A stretch of 55,414 nucleotides of DNA, the filler included, from Basidiobolus ranarum (lineage: Eukaryota), in assembly GCA_040143965.1 (NCBI GenBank). It is 2 parts of 2 records of this genome, joined end to end, with 100 filler letters (N's around TTAATTAATTAA, not from the genome) between each part and the next. Parts side by side here need not be neighbours in the genome. Positions count along the whole stretch, not along the records: positions 27,858 to 55,414 come from JASJQH010006996.1; 1 more part is not named here. One strand, 5' to 3'. The stretch's first letter is position 1, and each line of letters opens with the position of its first letter. The notes under the pieces are model-generated. The model was not told where the DNA came from, did no database searches, and worked only from the letters and a program-made list of their open reading frames with translations. Shown in pieces: positions 36,179 to 48,258 of this stretch. Position numbers and translations under genes: made by a program.

Positions 36179-38018
36179 ATAACAAGGTTACATGGAAACG
36201 CATTCAAACATACCCATCTGCATCTTGTTATAAAGCTGCTTGAGAATATCCCTCATGAAGCAATATCATTTAATAGTGTGAATCTTATCTCAATCCAATG
36301 GAGTGGTATGAATAGTGGTAGAGGTACCAGAAACATCTTTCTGTTTTATTCATGGGATTAGAATGGTCACTCTTATCATAACAAGGTAAAACACCACTGA
36401 CTAGTCAATTGATTGGGTTGGTAGATTACCTTGTATTATTGATTCCTACGTATTACTGCGTTGATGAGTACCAAGTAAGAGAGTTGGTGTATTTTGATGA
36501 GTAACAGAGTGACTCTATGAACACTAAACGTTACAGAAATGTAACTGTGTATTCCATACTTTGAGCGAGATATTTAAATCGGTTCTTTGTACGCTTGGTA
36601 CCCTACACTAGCTTCAAATCACATCAAGTAGGCTTGTTAAGAAAATTAGTAAGCCATGGGTTACCAAGTTCTAAAAAATACTCTAAGCTTCGCTACGCAT
36701 CGGTTTCACAATTCAATAACCCTAGAGATCGATGCTTTACACAAATACATACTACATCCAATTACTCGATTTTAGATGATCTCTATCTATACCAGAGTGG
36801 TCGGGAGATACTGGCCTATTGTGGTAGATTTCTCTACCGGAGCTACACCCGACTAGATAGCTATTGAGAGAGGCTTAGCCGCACAATACGCATAGAGCTG
36901 GCGATCCGACAACGCTTTCCTTTCATAGTTCCGAATTGGCCGGACCATACTTGTACATCTACCTTACTTGATGATACGAGTATCAGCCCCTCTCATGCAT
37001 TACTTTTCAGATTGAATGTAAAGAGACTGAGCAGTACCTTTCCCAAGTTGGGTTAACTTCCGTTATTTCTATTTATGGTGTTCCCAAATTGAGCACTAGA
37101 ACTCATCATTGAGCGTGTTCAATCAGTAGTGCTTCAATTATGAAGGCAATTTCACTCCCTGCTGATCAGCATTGATAAATGGAGTTTGTTGTGCTGATTA
37201 TTTCTACTCTTGGCATACCAAGTTGAGGCCTGTGTAAGGCAGTGCGTTGGCAGCTAATCAGAGATCAATCAGCATAAAATTCAACATATCGAGACAACCA
37301 GTTCTGTTGGGCGCAGTCAAAGAGATCTTGGTTTGGAGAGTGAGTCGACACACTAGTTGTTACGATGAGTCAAGTACAGTGTAGCTCTATTTAGAAGCAC
37401 GTTTAGTCAAGTAGCACCAGTAAGTGCACACCTTCCATCAAGAGGGCAAACTTGTAAGCACTAAAATACCCTGCTCGGATTTTAGAAACGGTCACATTGG
37501 AAATCGTAGAATACTCTAGGTACGTTTGACGATGGCTCTCGGTAACTCAGTTAGTATTCCATATAACCAATGGCTATCATATATATATATATAGCTCAAT
37601 CCTTCTAGAATAAATATTGAATATATGAAGTATGAGGATAAAAGTAGTGCGCAGAGATGCCATTGGTTGCTACGAAGAATTTAGCTGGAAATCTGGTGCT
37701 TACTAATGACAGTCTTGAGACGTACCCAGATAATGATGATCCCCACCCCTAACCCTAACTCAAGATGTACATTCTGGGAAAGATCTTCCGCATTCGCTGA
37801 GTTCACTTAATAATCAAAAACATAATGGACTTGCTATCAATCAGATAGTGTAATACATCGGACTGAGGTTATTTGATGAAAGATCAGCACCATGTGATCC
37901 ACTAAACTTGAATATTTACATTTCTTGAAGACATTTGTGTAAATGCAGAATATCGTTTATTAATAGAATCGAAAACTAAGCTAACCGAAGGTTACACATA
38001 TATTCATTTACTCATATT

Positions 38019-38603
38019 CTACTGCTTGGAGAAGAACTCCTTAGATTCACCGACATCTGGCTTAATAGTACTTTGGCCTTTTTGCCAGTTAGCAGGGCAA
38101 ACCTCACCATGGATGTCGGTAAATTGTAACGCCTCCAATAATCTGAGTGTCTCATCCACTGATCTACCAACTGGTAAGTCGTTTACTTGCATGATTCTTA
38201 CATTTTGCTTAGGGTCAATGATAAATAACCCTCTAAAAGCGACACCACTTTCTTCCAAATACACTCCATAGTCCTTGGAAATCTGGTGAGTGACGTCGGA
38301 GAGAATAGGGATATTCATGCTTCCTAAGCCACCTTCCTTACGTGGGGTGTTGGTCCAAGCGAAATGGGCAAATTTAGAGTCTGTGGAACAGGCAACCACA
38401 GCACAGTTCAATTTAGCAAATTCTTCGGCTTTATCGCTGAAGGCAGTAATTTCCGTAGGGCAGACAAAGGAGAAGTCCAATGGGTAAAAGAAAAAGACTA
38501 GATACTGTCCCTTGTAGTCCGAGAGAGAAATCTCCTTGAATTCACCATCAACCACGGCTTTGCCATGGAACTGAGGAGCGGGTTTTTGGATTTGGACGGT
38601 CAT
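38019..38603 (-). CDS. TSA1: Typical 2-Cys peroxiredoxin (AhpC/Prx1 subfamily, Tsa1/Tsa2-like), intronless, 194 aa
   Basis: True start is ATG at 38603 ([12 protein letters not shown]). Motifs [40 protein letters not shown] and HGEVCPANW. Confidence 0.95.
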   Translation of the reverse strand: MTVQIQKPAPQFHGKAVVDGEFKEISLSDYKGQYLVFFFYPLDFSFVCPTEITAFSDKAEEFAKLNCAVVACSTDSKFAHFAWTNTPRKEGGLGSMNIPILSDVTHQISKDYGVYLEESGVAFRGLFIIDPKQNVRIMQVNDLPVGRSVDETLRLLEALQFTDIHGEVCPANWQKGQSTIKPDVGESKEFFSKQ

Positions 38604-38663
38604 GGTTGGATTTATTTCAGTTTCACTTCGAATATTCTGATGTCTACCGAGATACAGTCTGGA

Positions 38664-38772
38664 TTTTATATAGTCGTCATTCAGCCAAGTTTCGACCAAG
38701 TCGTGATAGATTGTTTTGTCTGAGAGCTGCGGTAGCTTAGTAAAGGACAAGGATGCATTCGGCTTATCTGAT
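38664..38772 (-). promoter_or_regulatory. Peroxiredoxin promoter: TATA box, Yap1-type TTACTAA element and ATCAGATAA GATA element
   Basis: Minus-strand TATATAAAA at 38664-38672, TTACTAA at 38737-38743 and ATCAGATAA at 38764-38772, 60-170 nt upstream of the ATG. Confidence 0.45.
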
Positions 38773-39015
38773 TACGGAAATAAGCTTTTCTCGCCATCAT
38801 CGGATATTGCTCAAGGTACACCTTGAGATTTGGATTTGATATCTAGAAATCACCAGCTGACAAAGCTTTACGTCCATGTACATTCTCCTAAGAACATCTT
38901 ATTTTGGGCTTTCCCGAGTTTAGCGAATAATTTTGAAATCATGGAATTACCAAGTATATCCTTGAATTACTAATCCAGATGCAGGTGAACTTCCTAATCA
39001 ATACACAACCCGCTA

Positions 39016-40295
39016 TCAGGTTCTCAATTCTTTCCTATCGAGAAACATCCATATATATTCCCACAAAACAAACTGATATTTGTCATCAGTTATTAATAAC
39101 AATATGTACTCCGATTGTTAAGGATTTGTACACTTACAAGCTTCTACAGTAGCACGTGGAAAGTTCCCAAATATGCCTAGCATTTACAAATATGGTAGCT
39201 GATATGGATTGAAGAATAGGGGATATCTTTGGCCCAACTACATTTCAAATACAGCATCATTTACCAAATAGGTTAGTTTTGTCAGCTAGTGAGCACTTGA
39301 ATCGCCTTTGCCTGGATTTACATTTCTGAATTCCAATCTTCATCATCCAATTCTGATTACAAAATTAGAAACAAAGCGTAATTCCTCCCCAATTCCATCA
39401 ATCTTGTAATGTCACTTGAATGTTACGTACTTGCTCATAAACAGCCAATGATCTGTTTGAGTTCTCAACTCCACACTAAGCGATTTGCTATGAATTAGTC
39501 TCCTGAAGCTTGTTTAATTTACTGCTTAGGCTATCTTTGCTCATTTCGCTGTTTTCATGACATCTATCAGCTCTATAATACCCATTATCCAAACAATTCA
39601 ATATTCAGAATTGCAGCTTATATCCATTATTTGACATGCTCACAGCTAGTAATATAAAATTATCCAGATTAATTACAGAATAGCTCATTACACTACATAA
39701 ATGCTCTGAATATAGCCTTGTATTGTTTGAGGTATACTCTTGAAAGGTAAACATGCATTTTCTAGTAAAGCTAAATTACCACCGTCTTTTCTTTTTCCTT
39801 GGATAGTTCAACTTCTCAAATATACTATGTAGCAGAGTGATAGGCCCCTAGTTATGTCCTGCTAGCACGAATTTTGTTCTTGGAAAGGTAAAAATCTCAA
39901 ATATTTCCATTCAAATCTGTAGGCATTCTTCATCAGAGTTGAATGGTGCGTTGAAGATTTAAAACCTTCTCAGCAGTATGATGGATTATGTACTTTTATC
40001 GATACGTTCCTGCATTATTTTGAATGGCCAAGTAAAATACTCCTTGTATCCAGTCCCAAGTGTTAGCTCTAAGAGCTACAGAATCATTCTTCTGTAAGTT
40101 TGCATACTTCAGTATATTGACCGTTCGTTTTACACAAGCATTAATCAGTAAATCAATTCAACTCGACTCTGAGCCTTGTATAGAAGATTTCTTCCATATA
40201 GAAATACTAGTACATAGATTGCTCAAACATGATGCCTCGGGTAGATTCCAACGAGTATTATGTATAAACGAGGAGCTTCGAGTATATCTCCTCTA
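39016..40295 (-). pseudogene. Possible decayed intron-containing gene divergent from RPL24
   Basis: A frame with sporadic stops (HNTRWNLPEASCL...*IDLLINACVKRTVNILKY...NTWDWIQGVFYLAIQ), plus phase-compatible GT-AG introns linking SLAVYEQ|NWMMKIGIQK|FGPKISPILQSIS...CRS|FLFLWEYIWMFLD; family not recognised. Confidence 0.25.
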
Positions 40296-40523
40296 CTGAC
40301 AAACGGCATGAGCGATCTTCCAACCATAATTCTAGAATATATTAGTAGTCAAATTGCTCTATCCAATGATATGTGAGGATCGTAATTTTCAATTTGAGGG
40401 TCAGCCCTACATTCTCCCCAATGCCCCTACACAAATCGTTTGGTTGAGATCCATTAAAAGCAATGAGGAATTGTTGCTGAGACGGCCTTTTACCCAAATC
40501 TTGAGTGGCGGTTGTTAGAGAAT

Positions 40524-41221
40524 ATGAAGTATGTACCTATTGTATCTAAGCTTGAGTTTAAACATCCATCTGCATTTGACGCTTTTACGATGCCATCGAC
40601 AGCATATCCTGTCATTGGCCTCTTTGTTTGTCTTGCATATGAGTTAAAGTCGCTAAACACTTTTGCTAATGCTCTCTTTCTCGTACTAGGATTGAAATCT
40701 GTTCCTTCTCTGGTTACAAGATCTATCCTGGTCATGGTAGACTCTTCGTCCGCTCCGATAGTAAAGTAATTAATCTCCAAAATTAGGTTGATTTCTGATT
40801 ACTTGTTCATTTGACCTGACCGTTTTTATTCATCAACTGTTTCCATTAGGTCTTTCGTTTCGTCGACTCCAAGACTGAATCTCTTTTCCAACAACGTATG
40901 AATCCTCGTAAAATTAGTTGGACTGTTGTATTCCGTCGTATGCACAAGAAGGGTATCACTGAAGAGATTGCCAAGAAGAGAACTCGTCGTACTGTAAAGC
41001 ACCAACGTGCTGTCGTTGGTGCTTCCTGGGAAGCCATTCGCGCCAAGCGTAATCAGAAACCCGAGGTTCGTGCTGCTGCCCGTCAAGCTGCCATCCGTGA
41101 TGCTAAGGACAAGAAGAAGGTCGAACAAACTAAGAAGAAGGAAACTCGCGCCTCCCAACCTAAGATCTCCAAGCAACAAGCCAAAGGAGCTCGCACTGTA
41201 GTTGCTGCCAATAGCCGTTAA
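40524..41221 (+). CDS. RPL24: 60S ribosomal protein L24 (eL24); exons 40524-40528, 40690-40765 and 40850-41221
   Basis: [62 protein letters not shown]. Confidence 0.96.
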
Positions 41222-42360
41222 GACATCCGGGCGTTCCTAATGTTTTACTGAATTAGTAATTCAAAGAAATAAACTCCTTTATACCTTAAATATGTAATTC
41301 GATACCACAAACCTAACCCTAACAGCTATTCAAGATCTTCACTTCCAAATCTCCTAACATTGCTAATATACGTCACCGAGTGGAAATCAAGGAATGATAT
41401 CATAGTCACAGCCCTTGGTCGTAGGAGTTATACGTGCCACATGATGCAAGATTGTGGGCAAATCGTCTGATATAGTGATGCACTCGCTGGCGATTTTGGT
41501 AGGTGCTCTCAGCTCACTGGTACCTTAATCTACTGGCATTCTTTTATCTATTGCAGCCGTTTATCACAACGCTCTATCAACCAGCATATTCAATTGAATC
41601 TTGTTTCTGTAGTTTATTCAGGCCTGGAACGAATGAGATTAGCCCACCAGGAGTAATATCATCCCTGAGTGTTTGTGTCGTTTTCCTTTCTTCTGACTGG
41701 TACGGGGTTGAGGCAGGAGTAAAGGATATTAGATAGGCTATATTGCCGAATGCTCTGAGCCTTAATTAATTCCTAAACACTGCAGACATCTATGGAGTTT
41801 TATGAAGAAATTATCCCGGTTTATTTACTTGGTCATCATCCAATGAAGCTTGGAGAGCTCTCCCAGTTGAGATATCATCGACCATTCATGAGGATGGACC
41901 ATATTTAATGCTACAATCCTACGCTCTGTAGGACTGAGCTCTGGATCCATTGAGCCACCAGTGTGGTAGAGCTTGTTTGATTTATCTGATATTAATACTC
42001 TTTATTGTACTTTTTACATTTGTAAATATCGATTTTTGATCGTAAACGAGAGCCAATCTTGGTTGATTACCATCAGCCTCTTTTACTTAGGACAAGTAAC
42101 TCTTGCTAGTATTTGTGTTCAACCTTTGTTGGCGCTGGTCTTTCAATACTCTAAGGTAAGCCTGGGTCTTTTCGCAACTTCCGTAAGTTTATATAGTATT
42201 TTTTTGTTTATATAGTCAGTTCAAAAGGCTGCCTTTCTAGCCTTTATCCTTATTTATATCATATTTTCCGTTGCCGATTTCCCCGCAACTATTAGGTCAA
42301 AATCTGCGCACAGCAAATACCTCAACTCTTCTTGTCTTTGATTAATACTTCTGTTTCATA

Positions 42361-43986
42361 ATGGATACCTCTCATGAAGAAAACGACGATTTGTTCAATA
42401 GAAAACAACCTGCTATACCTCGATATGCTGAAGATGAAAACCAATCCACTGAGGTTCACTCTCAATCTTCTGGAGAGGGTACTTCTGGAAATTCAAGAGC
42501 TGATTCTATTAGAGAGGCCCCTATGTATCCACCTACGCGTAACTCTATTCAAAGTAGTTCTAGCTCTTCTTCTTATCCACCTCGAAGTGCCGACCAAAAA
42601 CCCGATTTTGGTGTGCAAGCAAGTCCTTACTCCCCTCATTCTGCACAGAACTTTGGTGCCAACAACTATCCACCACAAAAGTCTAACAGCTATGGTGTAC
42701 AAAATTATCCACCAAATGGCCAACCTTCTCAACCCTATAACAGTAACAAATCTACCCCCGAGTTGGCACACCTTAATTCTAATCATAGTGCCAACAGAAT
42801 AAACCGTCAAAGCAGTAGTACTAGTAATCTTAGCACTCCTGCTTCTCCAACCGCCTCAGTAGCTCATCTACCACAGGGAAATACTCTTGAGCAGTATCGT
42901 ATTAATGCCAAGAAAAGTAATGATCCCAGTATTCAATTCGACTTTGCTAAATACTTAATTGAGACCGCGGCTAGCCTTGAAGTTACCGATAAAGCAAGTG
43001 AAAAAACAAAGAAGACTTTAATGGCAGAGGCACTCAAATGGATTAAAAGACTTGCTACTCAAGGTATGGGAATTGGGCGTCCCGCCTACCCTGAGGCACA
43101 ATTCTTTCTGGCCAATTGCTATGGTACTGAGGCGCTTGGTGTTGCCGTGGATCATGAGAAAGCATTCAACTTGTACGTACAGGCTTCTAAACAAAATCAT
43201 CCTGAGGCTACATATCGTGCTGCTGTATGCTACGAAGTCGGAGCCGGTACCAAGAGGGATTACAGTCGAGCAGTGCAATTCTTTCGTAAAGCTGCTATTC
43301 TTGGGGATACCGCAGCGATGTATAAGTTAGGAATGACTTTGCTAAAAGGTTTATTGAATCAGAATCCTAACCCTCGCGAAGCTATTACTTGGTTGAAGCG
43401 TGCAGCAGCGAATGCGGATGCTGAAAATCCTCATGCGCTACATGAACTAGGTTTATGCTACGAAAAAGAAGGAATTCCCTCCATTATCCCTGATGAGTCG
43501 TACGCAAGAGAACTCTACACTCAAGCTGCTCAACTGGGTTATGCTCCTTCTCAATTCAAGCTTGGGTCTTGTTATGAATATGGAACTATTACTTGTCCAG
43601 TTGATCCTAGACGCTCCATTGCTTGGTATACTCGTGCCGCAGAGCAGGGTGATCCAGAGGCAGAGCTCGCACTCTCTGGTTGGTACCTTACTGGGGCCGA
43701 AGCTATATTAAAGCAAAGTGATACTGAAGCCTACCTATGGGCTAGAAAGGCTGCTGACAAAGGACTTGCTAAAGCAGAGTATGCGGTAGGATATTATTCT
43801 GAAGTTGGTATTGGAGTAAGGCAGGATCTAGATGAAGCTAGAAAGTGGTACATGCGTGCGGCCGCCCAGGGAAACAAACGGGCCATGCAACGCTTAGCTG
43901 AGCTCAAAAAATTCGGTGCATCCAGTGGTCAAAAGCAAACCATCTCAAGAGACAAACAAAATTCGGATGGATGCGTAATTTGTTAA
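42361..43986 (+). CDS. CHS4: Chitin synthase activator Chs4/Skt5 (Sel1 repeats, C-terminal CaaX CVIC), single coding exon
   Basis: LEQYRINAKKSNDPSIQFDFAKYLIE, YPEAQFFLANCYG, EAELALSGWYLTGAE, AYLWARKAA and AEYAVGYYSEVGIG; ends DGCVIC*. Confidence 0.92.
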   Translation: MDTSHEENDDLFNRKQPAIPRYAEDENQSTEVHSQSSGEGTSGNSRADSIREAPMYPPTRNSIQSSSSSSSYPPRSADQKPDFGVQASPYSPHSAQNFGANNYPPQKSNSYGVQNYPPNGQPSQPYNSNKSTPELAHLNSNHSANRINRQSSSTSNLSTPASPTASVAHLPQGNTLEQYRINAKKSNDPSIQFDFAKYLIETAASLEVTDKASEKTKKTLMAEALKWIKRLATQGMGIGRPAYPEAQFFLANCYGTEALGVAVDHEKAFNLYVQASKQNHPEATYRAAVCYEVGAGTKRDYSRAVQFFRKAAILGDTAAMYKLGMTLLKGLLNQNPNPREAITWLKRAAANADAENPHALHELGLCYEKEGIPSIIPDESYARELYTQAAQLGYAPSQFKLGSCYEYGTITCPVDPRRSIAWYTRAAEQGDPEAELALSGWYLTGAEAILKQSDTEAYLWARKAADKGLAKAEYAVGYYSEVGIGVRQDLDEARKWYMRAAAQGNKRAMQRLAELKKFGASSGQKQTISRDKQNSDGCVIC

Positions 43987-45067
43987 ACATGTAGGAGAAG
44001 ACACCTTTTGTTACAAACTGGAATGTTTCATTATCTTTCGCCACAGTAAACAAATCAACTACGTTTGTCGCCATTGGATAAATACACATTCAAAGGATTT
44101 CTACGCATGTTTTCAAACAAATCTCTTTTATCTATGATGTAATTATGGTCCAGCTCTATTCTCTGCTTTGGTTTTGGTACACAGTACTTCATCTCTATCT
44201 CTATATTACCTATCACTACAATATATTCACCCTACGGCTTCTATTCTTCTCGCTAGATCATCGCTTTCTTTTTTTCTGTTTTTTCTCTCAAGCTCCTCCC
44301 TCCCTCACTATATATATAATTGCTGTATCTGTTACCTTCGCTTTCTGAATTACCTACCAGATCAGTTATCCGATTTCCTTCAACGGTTGTCGTAATTATT
44401 TCCAACTTGATCACAATGATGTGCTATAATAATTATTCTTTACTAACTAGCAGTTATCTCACCTTCACTTCAAATCCCATTACAACCTTACTCTTGATTC
44501 ACTATTTTGCATTTGGTATTTATGTACGGTAGAGTGTATGATGGTAATCAAGTGTTCCATCCACGTATTTGATTAAAAAATCGAAGTTTTCCGAGAAAAT
44601 GGTGGTATCTGTGATTTCATTTTGGATAATTTTAATGTAGTAATATACTCGACATTTCCTTCACTGAGGAATATGTCATACCCCTGGTATTTAGTAGAAC
44701 TACCTGATAAGTTTTGACTTGTACTCGGATATCTCTTGACCCCTTGTATTTTCATGACCTTGGCAACGTGCCCACAAAGGGGATTTCTGGAGTTATGTAG
44801 AATTTGGATCCATACATGATATTATTGTATACCCCCTGTGGTTACACCTTCAACCTGTACCTAGACCATCGTTGATTACTTCAAAGTACTTTCAACCACT
44901 AGAAGATGTTTTTGTAGCTTTACACTATAAAAGCAGCAATGCTGAGCAGGAATGCTTCTTTGCAATCAATTTATTGGATTGATAAGAATATCGGGAGACA
45001 ACGTAAAATCTATATTTCTAGTGAAGTGTCTATAAATAGAGAAAGTCGGTATGTGGAGACCATGTAC

Positions 45068-45641
45068 TTACTAAAATTCATATGAATGTGGTTAGTTTCG
45101 ATCAATATTTCCATGAAAATGAAATCACTTACGTAACCAACGGAGATGAAGTAATCAGCAAGGCTTTCAACAACCTTAGTGGCTTCACCGGGGGCAACCC
45201 CGTCACCATAGAGACAGATTAATATGGCTTGTGCGGTTTTAACACAAATTACTCCACCAGCACCCTATGAAATAGTTAATTATTGATGAGTTTAAAGCCC
45301 GCAAAGCATCCTTGTCTTAAAATATTCACCTGTTTGCCATAAATACTGCGAGAGTCGGCATTTAAAGCAAAGTATTTTTTTCCGGCTACATATAAACCAT
45401 TAGCGCGAATACCAGAAGGATCTTGGTATGCTCTTAAGAGGTCATTGAATTCGTTCCCTTGAAGCTAGTAAAATGTTTGACCTGTTAATAGGAATCATCT
45501 ATATACATGTTGTATGGTAACTGAACTTACGGCAAAGTTGGGTGAGGCAGCCCAGACACCACCTTGGGCACCATAGATGGCGGCCATAGTGATGGCACCG
45601 GTACCAACTAGGTTTTGATCCACATAAGCTTGCCAAGACAT
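45068..45641 (-). CDS. PFY1: Profilin, 4 exons (the last coding exon is only the stop codon)
   Basis: [15 protein letters not shown]...[14 protein letters not shown]...[10 protein letters not shown]...[23 protein letters not shown]...[16 protein letters not shown]. Confidence 0.95.
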
Positions 45642-46701
45642 ATTAAAGTTTAAGATTATAAGGAAAAGTAACAACTGAAGTGTATGTTGAAAACGTTTGA
45701 CTTTATAATAATCGAACCTAAATACAGCCTGGACATAGAGTTTGCCTCGCCCAGAAAACTTTCGAACTCGGAGTTGTCGTTTTTGCTCTGCATAATATTC
45801 ATTTTCAATTGGGGGTAGTTTGATTGGCCAGTGGAAATAGTATATTAGAATTGCATCGATAGCTAACAAAGTGCATAATTTTACTCGACATTACTCAATC
45901 AACTGTGTCAGAATAATAATCGGTCATCGCTGTCACAGCATCCTAAACCAAGAACTTCCATGACTTCCTGCATGGCCCCAATGGTGTTTTAGGCAGATGT
46001 GCACTACCAAAGGAGTGGCGAGATGGAATGAGCCAATGCCTCCCCTCCATATCGTAGAAGTATCACAGGATGATTGGATTTAATTATGGAAGAGTGCCTT
46101 GCGCAGAAAGTGCACGCAATATTTATCTCATAAGCAAGCCAATATACCTGTGGCACATTTACTTCCCACTAAGTTCGAATCCCCCAGTGGCAATTCTAGT
46201 TTCCTAAGGAAGACATTCATTCACAACAGACGTCACCTAGGAGTCTTCAGCTCCTGAGATTCAATTGATCTTATTGTAGCTGTAGATGCCAGTATATATC
46301 AATCGACTAATACAGTAGTCATAAGGTATCTGCCGACTCTGTTCCGTTTCGTTTCCTGCCGTCCTGGACTAGTAATTTAATGGTTCAAATTGATCATAGT
46401 TCAATAATTAAAACTATAAGCTTTCAGTTCCAATTAGACTATACCACTTGTGTGCTATTGTGATATGCATCAATGCTATTCCTCAAAAATATAGCTGAAC
46501 GTGAGTGCGGGACCCACCTTAAAATCAGTTCATAGGTCAGGGATGTCTTTAAATAATAGCACTGGTCGTTTATTAAGAAAACCGCATAACACCTGACTTA
46601 GTTGTAAAGACTCAGCTGCCTACTTAAGATACTAGCAATTTGTATTTCGTTTCACCAGTCTCCTCCTGTTACTACTCTTTCTCCACTAATTTGTAGTGTC
46701 G

Positions 46702-48258
46702 ATGAACATTTTTTTCAAGTCCAAAACTAAGAGTCCTCAAGAGCTTGTTCGCACTCTAAAGGATGCTCTACAAAGACTTGACACTGCTGATTGGAGAAGG
46801 GTGGGTTTTCTCCACTTTTTTCAGTTTCTATCGGATGCTTTTAACATTGAACCTTTTCAAGGCTACCGAAGATGTTTCCAAGAACTTACTAGCAATGAAG
46901 AACATTTTATACGGAGAAGGGGGTATATAAATATCCTATTTCATTTCAAAGTATCTTCATATTAACTCCAGAGAATTTATCTCAACCACCACTGATAATA
47001 GATAGCGAGCCAAATTCAGAGCTTATCGCTCAATTATCTCAGGAAGTATATTCCAACGATATTCTGTACCTTTTGATATCAAAGATCCCGAAGTTTGAGT
47101 TTGAGGTGAGCTTTATCTTGGCGACACTTTTTGAGTACATTTACTAACACAGTCCTTCATTTATAAAGGCTAAGAAAGATGTTGCTCAGGTGTTTAACAA
47201 CCTTTTGCGACGCCAAATCGGCTCACGACAACCCACTATCGAGCATCTATGTCAAAAAGAAAGAATAATATTTATGCTCTTTGAGGGGTAATTACTAAAG
47301 GATTAAACTTCACTTTGCTTCTAATCTCAACTAATGACATGATAATGCAGATACGAAAACCATGATATTGCGTTGAACTGTGGTATGATCTTACGTGAAT
47401 GCATAAAATATGAGCCTTTAGCAAAAATTTTGCTGTTGTCTCCCCAATTCTTCAAATTCTTCGACTATATCGAAGTTGGTACCTTTGATGTAGCCAGTGA
47501 CGCTTTTGCCACCTTCAAGGTAGATTTTAACTTCACTGAAAATCTACCACCTATTCTACGTTACTCATGTTATTTCCAGGAACTACTCATTCGCCACAAA
47601 CAAACGGTTGCGCCATTTTTGGAGAGTAACTATGAGACGGTAGGCACTTTGATAATCATCAGCTTCACGAAGCTAAATTAACCACTGCTTAGTTCTTTGA
47701 TAATTATTCCAAACTGCTCAACTCAGAAAACTACATTACTCAGAGGCAATCACTCAAGGTACACTCATTAGCCATCGTCGTGCCAATGCATAGTTAACAT
47801 TGATATTGCATTTCATTAGTTGCTGAGTGAGATACTTTTAGACCGGTCTAACTTCAATGTGATGACAAAGTATATCAGTTACCCTGACAACCTCAAACTC
47901 ATGATGAACTTGCTCCGCAACCCTAGTAAAAATATTCAATTCGAGGCATTCCATGTGTTCAAGGTAGTTTGTGATATTACTGAGTTCCATACGTTCTCGA
48001 ATTGATGCGTTGGTACAGGTATTCGTAGCAAACCCAAACAAGACGGAACCAATTGCTGAAATCCTCAAGAAGAACAGAGACAAGTTGGTCATATTTTTGA
48101 CAAATTTCCAAAATCAACGTCAAGGTAACTTTCAAGCAGAAATGGCATGTGTTATGTGTTCTTACATACTAAACATGATTCAATTGACTCTAGATGATGA
48201 GCAATTTAATGATGAGAAGGCATTTTTGTTAAAGCAAATCCAAGATCTAAGAATTTAA
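46702..48258 (+). CDS. HYM1: MO25/Hym1 (CAB39) scaffold of the RAM/MOR network
   Basis: [76 protein letters not shown] and [16 protein letters not shown]. Confidence 0.95.

Noticed and set aside
37565..37668. 10-bp inverted repeat AACCAATGGC/GCCATTGGTT around a (TA)n tract (mini-MITE?)
   Set aside because: No TSD and no second copy in the window.
37733..37800. Box C (ATGATGA) and box D (CTGA) pair suggesting a snoRNA
   Set aside because: No convincing terminal stem or recognisable rRNA-complementary guide.
38604..38750. 49-aa N-terminal extension of the peroxiredoxin in the ORF track
   Set aside because: It starts at a non-ATG codon and spans the TATA box; it does not look like a targeting peptide.
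40592..40619. Small hairpin in RPL24 intron 1
   Set aside because: Short stems (4+5 bp) and no snoRNA boxes; not distinguishable from chance.
46145..46192. GTTCGAATCC B-box-like motif suggesting a tRNA or SINE
   Set aside because: No T-stem, acceptor stem or A-box; a cloverleaf cannot be formed.
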